From positions 3,162-67,161 of the forward strand of contig CAKUYQ010000016.1 in the NCBI GenBank assembly GCA_934717185.1: DNA of 64,000 bases, in the 5' to 3' direction. The position numbers and the translations under genes were made by a program. This document shows, piece after piece, positions 22,183-32,258 of this stretch. Source of the DNA: an uncultured Bacteroidales bacterium (GTDB taxonomy: Bacteria; Bacteroidota; Bacteroidia; Bacteroidales; UBA932). The notes below the pieces were generated by a model. It was not told where the DNA came from. It was given only the letters and a program-made list of their open reading frames with translations, and did not search any database. Numbering within the stretch: position 1 is the stretch's first letter; every line of letters starts with the position of its first letter.

Positions 22183-23643
22183 TTATTTATGCCACCATTG
22201 CTTTTGTGTAAGGCTCAGTGGTTCCGGAGCATTTGGATTATTTTCGGTGGAAATTTTAGGGTAAATCATTCTTTTTGGATATTCGTCGGGATTAAGAGCA
22301 GAATCAATAACCGGTGCTAACTCTCCAACCGTATAAGCATCGTCTGAGGCAAGTTTGCTACCCAAGGCCGGTATGCCTGTCCTGTTTATGTCAAAGAAAC
22401 TGTCCCATGCCTGAGATCTGGCGGAGGCAACCCACTTTTGTGTAAGAATGCTTTTAAGCATTGTCTCTACAGATGATGTATTTAAAGCGTACGGACCCCC
22501 ATCCTTAATGAATGTCTGAGCATTGTATCCCCATCTTTCAAAAGCGGCTGTGACAGCACTGTTATAGGCGGCTTTTGCCTCATTAGCCCTTCCCAATCTG
22601 GCATACGCTTCTGCCTTGAGGAAACAGGTTTCTGCGTACGATATGAAGTAGACCGGGTCTTGTGGTGCCAACTTTGCTCTGCACACAGCTATAAAAATGA
22701 AAAAGTTTAAATTTGGACTCACTCCCTGATCTAATCCGTAGTATCCTCCAATTTTGTTTCGTTCGTAAAATGCCTCAATTCTGGGATCGTCGTGTTTGTT
22801 CAGGAATTTTACCAGAGTCTTGGATGCGGCAAGATTTTGATCTGTGTTAAGTTTTCTCCTGTCGTATTCGTAGAGCGGGTTGGAATTGTTCTCCTTGTTT
22901 GTAAAGAGATCTATCTTGCAATCTGATTTAAGAAAATTATTCTCTGCAAGCAGTGCCTCTATGGTTGCTTTGTTGTTGTTGAAATCCAACATAAGAAGTT
23001 TTAACTTAAGAGAATTGCCAAATTGAACCCATTTATTCATATCTCCACCGTTTATTATATCCTCCTTGCCCATAAGCACTTTAGATTTTGCTGCACTCTT
23101 TGCTTTTCCAAGTGCTGTATTCAGCCTCTCTATAAGTGCTCTGTTTACAGCCTTGCCGTTATCGTATTTTGGATAAAGCTGCTTATCGCCCATTAGTGCC
23201 TCACTGTATGGGATATTCTCATACCAGTTTGCAAGGATGTGGTATATAAAACAGGTCATTATTTCAGATACCATGTAATAGTTGTCTGCGCCCTCTTCTA
23301 TAGCTTTTTGCGCTATTATTTTTAAATCAGGCAGTGAATGGGTGTACGGGATGCTCCAAAATCTGGGGTAGCTTGTATTGGATATTGTATAGTTTACAGT
23401 TGTATTATATTGGTTTGCACCAACATTCTGTGTGTAATGCTGGCACCACATACTGCCAACGAGCTCCATCTCACCGCCAAGAATCCCTGCAAATGAGAGC
23501 TCTGCAGATGGCAACAACATACTGATTGGAACATCGCCCGGATAGTTTGGATCTTTGTTTATATCCATGGTCTTTTCGCATGAAGACAGTACAGACATTA
23601 CTGCCGTCAAGCATATTGTTGTATAAATGATGATATTTCTCAT
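22183..23643 (-). CDS. SusD/RagB family nutrient-binding outer membrane lipoprotein
   Basis: 486 aa with lipobox VLSSC and TPR-like helical content. It lies immediately downstream of a SusC-type gene. Confidence 0.85.
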   Translation of the reverse strand: MRNIIIYTTICLTAVMSVLSSCEKTMDINKDPNYPGDVPISMLLPSAELSFAGILGGEMELVGSMWCQHYTQNVGANQYNTTVNYTISNTSYPRFWSIPYTHSLPDLKIIAQKAIEEGADNYYMVSEIMTCFIYHILANWYENIPYSEALMGDKQLYPKYDNGKAVNRALIERLNTALGKAKSAAKSKVLMGKEDIINGGDMNKWVQFGNSLKLKLLMLDFNNNKATIEALLAENNFLKSDCKIDLFTNKENNSNPLYEYDRRKLNTDQNLAASKTLVKFLNKHDDPRIEAFYERNKIGGYYGLDQGVSPNLNFFIFIAVCRAKLAPQDPVYFISYAETCFLKAEAYARLGRANEAKAAYNSAVTAAFERWGYNAQTFIKDGGPYALNTSSVETMLKSILTQKWVASARSQAWDSFFDINRTGIPALGSKLASDDAYTVGELAPVIDSALNPDEYPKRMIYPKISTENNPNAPEPLSLTQKQWWHK

Positions 23644-23653
23644 AGCCGACTAT

Positions 23654-26600
23654 TTAAAATGTGATTTTAATGCTTCCCCCGAATGTCCTGTAGGTAGGAG
23701 CTGCTGCAAACTCGCCAAATTCAGAAAAGAGGTCATTACCGTAATTTGAAGCTTCGGGATCTACGTAGTTATTCTCTTTTGGTGTCCACATAAATAGGTT
23801 ACGTCCAATTGCACTTAATCTTATACCCTTTATGAATCTCGTCTTGTCCAACAGACTTGCAGGGAGATCATAAGAGAGAACCAATTCCCTTAATTTGAGA
23901 TAGTCTTTCTTAAGAACCCACCTTTTGAACAATGTATAGTTGGTGGCATTGTTGTAATATCCGTAGGCAGTAGACCATCTTATAGGGATGCTGTTTTCTA
24001 TATATTTTCCATTAACGTAACGGACTGAGTTAGGAACAACAAACGGTTGTCTGTTGTTGTAGACAGTAGGGGTTGCATTCCCGCAAAAATAGAGTAATTG
24101 AGCTGTGTAACAGTAGAATTTGCCACCGTTGCGCCAATCGAATAGTGCAGACAGTGATAATCCTTTCCAGGATATTTTAGTGTTGAATCCCATGTTGAAA
24201 CGTGGAGATGAAGAACCAACCTCCTCTTTTTTTGTAGGGTCTATTTGCGGAACTCCCATGGCATTCACAACAGTTCTTCCCTCGGGGTCTTTAAGAACAG
24301 CAGGTACCTTGAATACCCCAAATTCCTTTCCAACCGCAGCCACATATTGCACTTGATAGGCAGATCTTAAAACATACTCTTTTGTATTGTCCCACAGCTT
24401 AAGAACTTTAGACCGGTTTTTTGTAAAAGTGATGCCAATGTCCCAACTCCAGTCTCCCCGTTTGATAGGGGTAAAACCGGCCGTTACCTCTATTCCCCTG
24501 TTCCTTATTTTGCCAACATTTCTGGCTCTTGTAGTATAACCGCTTTCATTAGCAACTGCTGCAGCTATGATCTGGTCTTTGGTTGTTTTATTGTACAGAG
24601 CACAGTCCAACCTTATCCTGTTGTCAAAAAGGTTTACCATTAAGCCAATCTCAGCTTCTGTGGTAATCTCCGGCTTAAGTTTATTATTTGGGATAGTGTT
24701 ACCCTCTGTAAGTCCCGGTATCCCGCTTATAGGTAGATCCACACTGCCAAACCCTATGCCGAATCTTGCAGGAACAAATGATGCGGCGGTTTTATACAGA
24801 GGTGCATCATTACCTGTTTTTCCGTAAGCCAATCTCAATTTGAGAAATGATATGTTGTAATCTTTAAGACTATTTATTGCATCTGTTAATATGACCGAAC
24901 CATTGATTCCCCAATAGAAAAAAGAGTTGCTTTTAATCGGGAGCGTTGATGACCAGTCATTTCTGCAGACGGCAGTAATGTAAGCCCAATTGTTGTAGCT
25001 TAAATCCAATTGAGCGAACAAACCTTGCAATCTCCTGCATGTGTGGTATGACGTTGTCAGCGGTCTTTCTGTTCCGTTTTCAAGACTAAACCACCCTGGC
25101 AGATTCAAACCATACAAATAGGAGTCTATATATCTGCTTCTTCTCTCATTATAGTTGTAACCTATTGTCCCTCCAATATCTATTTTGTCTGCTATGCTGT
25201 AATTTGCAGTTGCCATAAATGTAAGATCAAACTGTTGCTGCCTGTCAAATACCTCCTCGTACGAGCCTGCCCGTGTTGCTTTTCTGATGTATGCAGACCA
25301 CGAATTGGGCGAGAATGTGATTTTTTCATTTCGTCTGAATATTCTTGAATTTGTTATGTCTGCGCCCAATCGTCCTGTTAACTTTAACCAATTGAGAACT
25401 TTGTATGTACACTCCGCCTTTCCAAATACTTTGTCGTCTGTATAGTTGTTTCTATTGTTGGCAAGTACCCAATATGGATTCTCTGCGTATGCAGTGTAGT
25501 AATTGTCTGTATTATTGTACAGGTCTTTGTAGTTTTTGTGCTTCCTAAATGAGATGTCGGTAGCAAACTGGAGAAGTTCCTGAAATGTTGATGCTCCGTC
25601 TCTTCCCTGTCCGGCAGATGGCTGGCTCATGTTTTTTTTCACATAATTTAGGCCTACATTTATATTGAATCGTTTATGTGTTGCATTTCCTCGTAGAGCA
25701 AAGGCATTTCTGTTGTAGGTATCTGCATTGCTTGGCATGACTCCGGATGCATGTGTGTTTCCGTAGGATATGAGTAATCCAAGACTTTCACCTCCGGCCT
25801 TTATAGAGATGTTATTGTCTGTCTCAAACCCTCTTTCGTAAAAATTGCGAATATTGTCCTTTACAAACTTAAACGATTTAAGCCTTACTTTAAAGTCTTT
25901 TGGCATAGCTTCTCCGTAGCCGGCCCATGCTCCGTATGTGTGCAATCTGCCATCTAACTTTGGTCCCCACGAGCCATTCTCCTTAGCTTCCCAGTGCGGC
26001 CACCCCTGGCCGAAAATATCCTGCACTTGAGGAACTCTTAGTACGTCGGATCCCATGAAAGAGCCGTCATAGTCAACTTGGATTTTTCCTGTTTTAGCTC
26101 TTTTTGTAGTTACCATTATTACACCGTTTGCAGCTCGCGAGCCGTAGAGCGCAGTTGCGGAGGCTCCTTTAAGAATTGTTAGCGTTTCAACATCATCGGG
26201 ATTTATGTCATTGGCTCCATTGCCAAAGTCTACAGATGATGAGGTTGATGCAGAGCCGTAAAAATTGTTGGATACAGGTATACCGTCTACGACATATAGC
26301 GGATTGTTGTTGGAGAATGATGATATGCCCCTCACGAGTACCTTCTGTGATGTACCGGTTCCTCCTTGAGATGAGATCTGTACACCTGCAATCTTCCCTT
26401 GAATGCCTCCTGCAATCGACGATGACCTTGCTTGTGTAAGATCGTCGGATTTAACGGTGGTGGTGGCATAACCAACAGACTTTTGTGATCTTGTCATGCC
26501 CATTGCCGTAATGACAACCTCATCGAGCAGGTTGGAAGACCTGAGTCCCACGTTTATTCTGCTTCTGCCATTTACAGCCTCTTCAATAGTTTCATAACCT

Positions 26601-26830
26601 AAGTATGAGAAAACAAGCACAGCATTGCTGCTGCATGCAATACTATAGTTGCCGTCTGAATCTGAAAATGTGCCTATAGTCTTCTCTTTTACCTTAATGT
26701 AAGCGCCAACAAGCGGTTCACCGCTTTCAATGTCCAAAACTTTGCCTGTTACAGTTATATCTTGAGCTCTTAACACGCTGCAACAAATAATAAAGAACAG
26801 GCCGGACAATAGTAGTTCTACCTTCTTCAT
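23654..26830 (-). CDS. SusC/RagA family TonB-linked outer membrane transporter
   Basis: 1058 aa. Signal peptide, a carboxypeptidase-regulatory-like N-domain (ITVTGKVLDIESGEPLVGAYIKV), a TonB box/plug (DEVVITAMG) and a large barrel ending in KITF. Confidence 0.92.
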   Translation of the reverse strand: MKKVELLLSGLFFIICCSVLRAQDITVTGKVLDIESGEPLVGAYIKVKEKTIGTFSDSDGNYSIACSSNAVLVFSYLGYETIEEAVNGRSRINVGLRSSNLLDEVVITAMGMTRSQKSVGYATTTVKSDDLTQARSSSIAGGIQGKIAGVQISSQGGTGTSQKVLVRGISSFSNNNPLYVVDGIPVSNNFYGSASTSSSVDFGNGANDINPDDVETLTILKGASATALYGSRAANGVIMVTTKRAKTGKIQVDYDGSFMGSDVLRVPQVQDIFGQGWPHWEAKENGSWGPKLDGRLHTYGAWAGYGEAMPKDFKVRLKSFKFVKDNIRNFYERGFETDNNISIKAGGESLGLLISYGNTHASGVMPSNADTYNRNAFALRGNATHKRFNINVGLNYVKKNMSQPSAGQGRDGASTFQELLQFATDISFRKHKNYKDLYNNTDNYYTAYAENPYWVLANNRNNYTDDKVFGKAECTYKVLNWLKLTGRLGADITNSRIFRRNEKITFSPNSWSAYIRKATRAGSYEEVFDRQQQFDLTFMATANYSIADKIDIGGTIGYNYNERRSRYIDSYLYGLNLPGWFSLENGTERPLTTSYHTCRRLQGLFAQLDLSYNNWAYITAVCRNDWSSTLPIKSNSFFYWGINGSVILTDAINSLKDYNISFLKLRLAYGKTGNDAPLYKTAASFVPARFGIGFGSVDLPISGIPGLTEGNTIPNNKLKPEITTEAEIGLMVNLFDNRIRLDCALYNKTTKDQIIAAAVANESGYTTRARNVGKIRNRGIEVTAGFTPIKRGDWSWDIGITFTKNRSKVLKLWDNTKEYVLRSAYQVQYVAAVGKEFGVFKVPAVLKDPEGRTVVNAMGVPQIDPTKKEEVGSSSPRFNMGFNTKISWKGLSLSALFDWRNGGKFYCYTAQLLYFCGNATPTVYNNRQPFVVPNSVRYVNGKYIENSIPIRWSTAYGYYNNATNYTLFKRWVLKKDYLKLRELVLSYDLPASLLDKTRFIKGIRLSAIGRNLFMWTPKENNYVDPEASNYGNDLFSEFGEFAAAPTYRTFGGSIKITF

Positions 26831-27015
26831 AGAGTTGAGTATTAGTTAATAACTTTAAATTTGAGCTATTAAGTTTGGTTAACTCGAAAAAAAGGAAACT
26901 TTGGAACAACTTGGAATTATCAGTCCTTTAGCTGATTTTTACAGGTTAATATTTGTATGGGCCAGATGGTAATTGATGGGATTAACTGCAAGTGAACGTG
27001 TAACCATCTCAGTGA

Positions 27016-27046
27016 CAAATGTAAACAAATTTTATTATAAAACAAA
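27016..27046 (-). promoter_or_regulatory. candidate Bacteroides sigma-A promoter for susC1
   Basis: The minus strand reads TTTG-N19-TACATTTG. This matches the TTTG / TAnnTTTG consensus with canonical spacing. It lies about 185 nt upstream of the susC1 ATG. Confidence 0.55.
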
Positions 27047-27067
27047 CTTCCCGACAAAAAGTTATTC
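27040..27067 (-). repeat. 28-bp repeat B, copy 1 (identical to 37046..37073)
   Basis: The reverse complement reads gaataactttttgtcgggaagtttgttt, identical to the sequence at 37046..37073. It contains the TTGTCGGGAAG motif and supplies the -33 TTTG of the susC1 promoter. Confidence 0.9.
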
Positions 27068-27120
27068 ACCTTTATGTTATTTACTGTAGTTCTTGCAGCA
27101 AGTGGGTGTCCCATCACCTC

Positions 27121-27171
27121 GCAACACCATAACCGCAATCCTTTATGGTGCACATTAGAGAAAAACTATCC
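27121..27171 (-). repeat. 51-bp repeat A, copy 1 (perfect inverted copy of 32208..32258)
   Basis: The reverse complement is ggatagtttttctctaatgtgcaccataaaggattgcggttatggtgttgc, identical over 51/51 nt to 32208..32258. It contains the internal palindrome CACCATAA-N10-TTATGGTG. Confidence 0.95.
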
Positions 27172-27281
27172 TTTATCTTGCAATCGATTGAGCAGCTTGT
27201 TTATCTTACGGATTAAATGGGCTATACAGGTTGTTGTTCAAAAAAAGTTTGATAAAAATTATAATATCCAAGAATATTATC

Positions 27282-27289
27282 TACATTTG
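27282..27289 (+). promoter_or_regulatory. candidate -7 box for korAB
   Basis: TACATTTG matches TAnnTTTG and lies 57 nt before the korA ATG. No well-spaced -33 TTTG is present. Confidence 0.35.
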
Positions 27290-27345
27290 TAATATTTTAA
27301 TAAAATAACTACTAACGTTAAGAAATCTTAGAGAATTATTCTTTT

Positions 27346-29175
27346 ATGGAAAACAAAATTATCGACGCACAAGATATTGTGATCCGTTTTACCGGAGACT
27401 CCGGAGACGGAATGCAATTGACTGGAACTCTGTTTGCAGATGCATCTGCACTGTACGGGAATGAGATATCTACCTTCCCGGATTATCCAGCTGAGATTCG
27501 TGCTCCTCATGGTACTGTAGCCGGTGTATCGGGCTTCCAGGTACATGTTGGAAATGGAGAAGTTAGAACTCCTGGTGACTATGCAGATGTGCTTGTTGCC
27601 ATGAATCCCGCCGCACTTAAAGCTAACGCAAAATGGTGTAAGAAAGGTGGCACTATCATTTTGGATGAAGATTCTTTTGATGAGAAAGGTTTGGAGAAAG
27701 CAGGATTCAAGACAATGGATCCTATTGCAGAGATGAATCTTAGTGACTACCATATTGTATGGTCACCAATTACCTCTCTTACAAAGGAGAGCTTAAAGGA
27801 TAGCGGGTTAGATCTTAAGGCTATCGTTAGGAGTAAAAACATGTTTACTCTTGGTATGTGCTACTTTATGTTCAGCAGACCGCTGCATTTTACAGAGGCA
27901 TACCTCGAAAAGAAATTTGCAAAGAAACCTAATCTTATAGAGCCAAACAAGAAGGTTCTCAGAGACGGTTACAATTATGCACATAATATTCACGCTATAC
28001 CTAATACTTATCGTATTGCTCCTGCAAAAGTTGCCCCCGGCAAATACAGAAGCATTAACGGTAATCAGGCTACTGCATGGGGACTTTTGGCTGCATCCGA
28101 GAAATCGGGCAGACCTCTTTATTGTGGTTCATACCCTATTACCCCTGCAACGGTTATTCTTGAAGAGCTTGCAATTCACAAAGAACTTGGAGCAAAGACT
28201 GTTCAGTGCGAAGATGAGATTGCCGGTATATGTACAGCCATTGGAGCTGCATACGCAGGTAACTTTGCTGTAACAACAACATCGGGTCCCGGTCTTTCTC
28301 TAAAATCAGAGGCTATGGGCCTTGCAATGATAACAGAGTTGCCTCTTGTTATTGTAGATGTTCAGAGAAGCGGCCCTTCTACAGGTATCCCTACAAAAAC
28401 AGAGCAGACAGACCTTAATCAGGCACTATACGGAAGAAACGGAGAGTGTCCCATTATGGTAATGGCTGCAAGAACACCATCTGATTGCTTTAGGGCGGCT
28501 TTCTATGCAGGTAAATATGCTATGGAGCACATGATGCCTGTCATTCTTCTTTCGGAGGGTTTTATAGGTAACGGTTCAGAGCCTTGGAAGATCCCTTCTA
28601 TGAGTGATTTCCCTGAGATCCATCCACCTATTATAGATAAGTGTGAGGGTAAGTTCAAACCATTTGAAAGAGATCCTGAGACATTGGTGCGTAAATGGGC
28701 TTTACCCGGCACTCCCGGATTGGAGCACAGAGTAGGCGGTCTTGAGAAGGATGAGAACGGTGCGGTTTCATCTGATCCTATAGTTCACGACAGAATGGTT
28801 AACGCCAGAGCAGAGAAGATTGCGAGAGTTGCCAACTGCATTCCACCTCTTGAGGTTGTTGGAAAACAGGAGGGCGATGTTCTTATCGTTGGCTGGGGCG
28901 GTACATACGGACACTTGTACACAGCAACTAAGGAACTTTTAGACGAGGGGGCAAGTGTAGGTTTTGCACATTTCGATTACATTAATCCTCTTCCTAAGAA
29001 TACTGTTGAGGTATTCTCAAAATTCAAGAAGATTATTGTATGCGAGCTTAACTCAGGCCAGTTCGTTAACTACCTAAGGGCAAAAGCTCCTCAGTTCAAA
29101 TATGAGCAGGTTAATAAAGTACAGGGCCAGCCTTTCATAGTTAAGGAGATAATTGAGGCCGTTAAAGCATTATAA
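27346..29175 (+). CDS. korA: 2-oxoglutarate/2-oxoacid:ferredoxin oxidoreductase, alpha (fused gamma-alpha) subunit
   Basis: 609 aa. The N-terminal gamma-like domain (RFTGDSGDGMQLTG) is followed by the alpha domain (GSYPITPAT, TTSGPGLSL). Confidence 0.85.
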   Translation: MENKIIDAQDIVIRFTGDSGDGMQLTGTLFADASALYGNEISTFPDYPAEIRAPHGTVAGVSGFQVHVGNGEVRTPGDYADVLVAMNPAALKANAKWCKKGGTIILDEDSFDEKGLEKAGFKTMDPIAEMNLSDYHIVWSPITSLTKESLKDSGLDLKAIVRSKNMFTLGMCYFMFSRPLHFTEAYLEKKFAKKPNLIEPNKKVLRDGYNYAHNIHAIPNTYRIAPAKVAPGKYRSINGNQATAWGLLAASEKSGRPLYCGSYPITPATVILEELAIHKELGAKTVQCEDEIAGICTAIGAAYAGNFAVTTTSGPGLSLKSEAMGLAMITELPLVIVDVQRSGPSTGIPTKTEQTDLNQALYGRNGECPIMVMAARTPSDCFRAAFYAGKYAMEHMMPVILLSEGFIGNGSEPWKIPSMSDFPEIHPPIIDKCEGKFKPFERDPETLVRKWALPGTPGLEHRVGGLEKDENGAVSSDPIVHDRMVNARAEKIARVANCIPPLEVVGKQEGDVLIVGWGGTYGHLYTATKELLDEGASVGFAHFDYINPLPKNTVEVFSKFKKIIVCELNSGQFVNYLRAKAPQFKYEQVNKVQGQPFIVKEIIEAVKAL

Positions 29176-29193
29176 TCAATAAAAATCACTGCA

Positions 29194-30210
29194 ATGAAAT
29201 ATACATCACAAGATTTTAAAAGCGATCAGGAAGTAAAATGGTGTCCCGGATGCGGTGACCATGCCGTACATGCATCTGTTTTGAGGGCTATGCCTGAGGT
29301 TTGTGAGGCATTGGGCTATACAAAAGAGAGATTTGTGTTTGTTTCCGGTATTGGTTGTTCATCGAGGTTCCCATACTATATGAATACATACGGATTCCAT
29401 GGTATTCATGGTAGAGCTACAGCACTCTCTACAGGTATGAAGGTTGCAAATCCAACCTTGTCTATATGGCAGATGACAGGTGACGGCGATGCCTTGGCTA
29501 TTGGCGGTAACCATTTCATACATGCAATAAGAAGAAACATAGATATCAACATTATATTGTTCAACAACAGGATTTACGGTCTTACAAAAGGACAGTATTC
29601 ACCTACATCAAAACTTGGTTTGGTTACAAAGACGTCTCCTTACGGAACAGTTGAGTATCCTTTCAATCCCGGGGCGTTGGTACTTGGTGCAAGAGGTACT
29701 TTCTTTGCCCGCAGTTTGGATTCTGAGCTTAAGTTGAATCAGGAGATAATGGTTGCTGCTGCCAAACACGATGGTACATCTGTTATGGAGATGCTCGTAA
29801 ACTGCGTTATCTTTAACGATGGAACACACCTTGAGTTCTCTGAAAAATCTGTAAGGGCAGACAGAACTATTGTCTTGAGACATGGCGAGCCAATGATCTT
29901 TGGCGCCAACAGAGACAAAGGACTTATCCTTGAGAACATGAAACTTAAGGTTGTGAAGATTGGTGAGAACGGCATAACAGAGAAGGATATCCTTGTTCAT
30001 GACGCGCATACAGACAATATTGGTCTTCACAGCATGCTTGTTGATATGAAGTATCCTGATTACCCTGTTGCTCTTGGCGTTATAAGGGATGTTAAGGATA
30101 TGACATACGATGACAGGGTAAGAGATCAGGTTGCCGAGGTTAAGGAGAAGGCAAAAATCAAATGTGTTGATGACCTTCTTAATTCCGGTGCTACCTGGAC
30201 TGTAGAATAG
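29194..30210 (+). CDS. korB: 2-oxoglutarate/2-oxoacid:ferredoxin oxidoreductase, beta (TPP-binding) subunit
   Basis: 338 aa with WCPGCGDH and the GDGDALAIGGNHFIHAIRRN TPP-binding motif. Confidence 0.85.
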   Translation: MKYTSQDFKSDQEVKWCPGCGDHAVHASVLRAMPEVCEALGYTKERFVFVSGIGCSSRFPYYMNTYGFHGIHGRATALSTGMKVANPTLSIWQMTGDGDALAIGGNHFIHAIRRNIDINIILFNNRIYGLTKGQYSPTSKLGLVTKTSPYGTVEYPFNPGALVLGARGTFFARSLDSELKLNQEIMVAAAKHDGTSVMEMLVNCVIFNDGTHLEFSEKSVRADRTIVLRHGEPMIFGANRDKGLILENMKLKVVKIGENGITEKDILVHDAHTDNIGLHSMLVDMKYPDYPVALGVIRDVKDMTYDDRVRDQVAEVKEKAKIKCVDDLLNSGATWTVE

Positions 30211-30295
30211 TTGTTGGGAAGAAAAATTTAATGATAAGAGAGATTAGTAGAGATAAACTCTAATTTTATAAACACTAAATAACATTTATATCAGT

Positions 30296-31636
30296 ATGAA
30301 AACATCTGAGATAATGGCTAACCTTAAAAGGAAATATGGCCATGAGCCTGAGTACCTTCAGGCAGTTCAGGAGGTTTTGGAGTCTATAGAAGAGACCTAT
30401 AACCAGCATCCTGAGTTTGAGAAAGCTAAAATTGTAGAGAGAATTGTTGAACCAGACAGAATCTTTACTTTCCGTGTTACATGGATTGACGATAAAGGTG
30501 AGATCCAGACTAACTTGGGTTACAGAGTTCAGTTTAACGCAGCTATCGGCCCATACAAAGGCGGTCTTCGTTTCCACAAAGCTGTTACACCTTCTATGCT
30601 TAAATTCTTGGGCTTTGAGCAGACTTTCAAAAACGCTCTTACTACTCTTCCTATGGGTGGTGGTAAAGGTGGTTCGGATTTCGATCCTGTTGGAAAATCT
30701 AACGCCGAGATTATGCGTTTCTGCCAGGCTTTCATGTTAGAGTTGTGGCACAACATTGGTCCTGATCAGGATGTTCCTGCAGGTGATGTTGGAGTTGGCG
30801 GAAGAGAGATTGGTTTCTTGTTTGGTATGTACACCAAACTTGCTCGCCAGTACAATACAGGTGTTCTTACCGGTAAAGGTCTTAACTGGGGTGGTTCTAA
30901 GATCCGTCCTGAGGCTACAGGTTTCGGCGCTCTATACTTCACTCAGCACCTTCTTCACAAAGCTGGTAAGGATGTTAAAGATAAAACTATCGCTATTTCA
31001 GGTTTTGGTAACGTTGCATGGGGTGCTGCTACAAAAGCAACTCAGTTAGGTGCTAAGGTTATCGCTATCTCAGGTCCTGATGGCGTTTGCCATATTCCTG
31101 CAGGTTTGACTCCTGATATGATAGACTATATGCTGGAGCTTAGAGCTTCTAACAAGAACATCGTTTCTCCTATGGCAGAGAAGTTCCAGGGCGTTACATT
31201 CACTCCTGGTAAGAAGGCTTGGAGCATTAAGTGTGACATAGCTCTTCCTTGCGCATTCCAGAACGAGCTTAACGGTGACGATGCTAAAGAGCTTCTTGCA
31301 AACGGTACATGGTGCTGCTGCGAGGTTTCTAACATGGGTTGTACTCCTGAGGCTATCAAAGCATTCCAGGATGCAAGAATCTTGTTTGCTCCGGGTAAGG
31401 CTGTAAACGCAGGTGGTGTTGCTACATCGGGTCTTGAGATGACTCAGAACGCTATGCATATCAGCTGGTCTGCAGAAGAGGTTGACAAGAAACTTCACGA
31501 GATTATGCAGAATATCCACGAGGCTTGCGTTAAATTTGGTACTGAGCCAGACGGTTATATCAACTATGTTAAAGGTGCAAACATTGCAGGCTTTATGAAG
31601 GTTGCTAATGCTATGCTTGAGCAGGGTATTATCTAA
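30296..31636 (+). CDS. gdhA: NAD(P)-specific glutamate dehydrogenase
   Basis: 446 aa with the catalytic-Lys motif LPMGGGKGGSDFDP and dinucleotide fold ISGFGNVAWGA. Confidence 0.93.
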   Translation: MKTSEIMANLKRKYGHEPEYLQAVQEVLESIEETYNQHPEFEKAKIVERIVEPDRIFTFRVTWIDDKGEIQTNLGYRVQFNAAIGPYKGGLRFHKAVTPSMLKFLGFEQTFKNALTTLPMGGGKGGSDFDPVGKSNAEIMRFCQAFMLELWHNIGPDQDVPAGDVGVGGREIGFLFGMYTKLARQYNTGVLTGKGLNWGGSKIRPEATGFGALYFTQHLLHKAGKDVKDKTIAISGFGNVAWGAATKATQLGAKVIAISGPDGVCHIPAGLTPDMIDYMLELRASNKNIVSPMAEKFQGVTFTPGKKAWSIKCDIALPCAFQNELNGDDAKELLANGTWCCCEVSNMGCTPEAIKAFQDARILFAPGKAVNAGGVATSGLEMTQNAMHISWSAEEVDKKLHEIMQNIHEACVKFGTEPDGYINYVKGANIAGFMKVANAMLEQGII

Positions 31637-31663
31637 TCGGTGAATAGTCGATTATTTTATATG

Positions 31664-31694
31664 GGGGCGGTCTTTAATGACTGCCTCTTTTTTT
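31664..31694 (+). terminator. intrinsic terminator after gdhA
   Basis: 9-bp stem ggggcggtc / gactgcctc (two G-U pairs), a 6-nt loop, then a T7 run. Confidence 0.7.
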
Positions 31695-32207
31695 GTATTT
31701 ATTTGTAGTTTTTTCTGCAAAATCTAAACAAAAAGTTAGATGAGTAGATTAAATATTGTGAATTTATTATAAAAACATACCGAATTTTATCTTTTTTTTA
31801 CATAAGAATGCTTGTTTTGTAATTTTTTTATTATATTTGTAAGCCCGCTTGTTCCGAGGTTTCAATTATAAATCTGTTAGGATTACTGTTTGATAGGCAG
31901 TTGGTGGGTGAAACCAAGGAATAGGGAGGAAAGAACACAGTTATTATTAGTCAAATCTTAACATAATGTTAACTTTATTTTACTAAATGAACACTTTCGG
32001 CACGTTTAGTAAATATTAGATGATAAACAAATTTGTGAAGAATTGATTATCTATTTTAACTGTTTTAAAAACTTTTTTTACCATTATTGGTTGTGAATAC
32101 ATTTAATTATTACGCGTAAAAGCCCCATAATGGTTGTTGACAAATTTTTTTATTGATTATTATTTTACAATTTTGTAGACGAGAAAGAGAATAAAAAACA
32201 TTAATGC

Positions 32208-32258
32208 GGATAGTTTTTCTCTAATGTGCACCATAAAGGATTGCGGTTATGGTGTTGC
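32208..32258 (+). repeat. 51-bp repeat A, copy 2
   Basis: Identical to the reverse complement of 27121..27171. It ends 68 nt before the susC2 ATG. Confidence 0.95.

Noticed and set aside
26920-27153. 77-aa GTG-initiated ORF in the susC1 upstream region.
   Set aside because: It overlaps the predicted promoter and leader and repeats A and B. Its composition is not protein-like.
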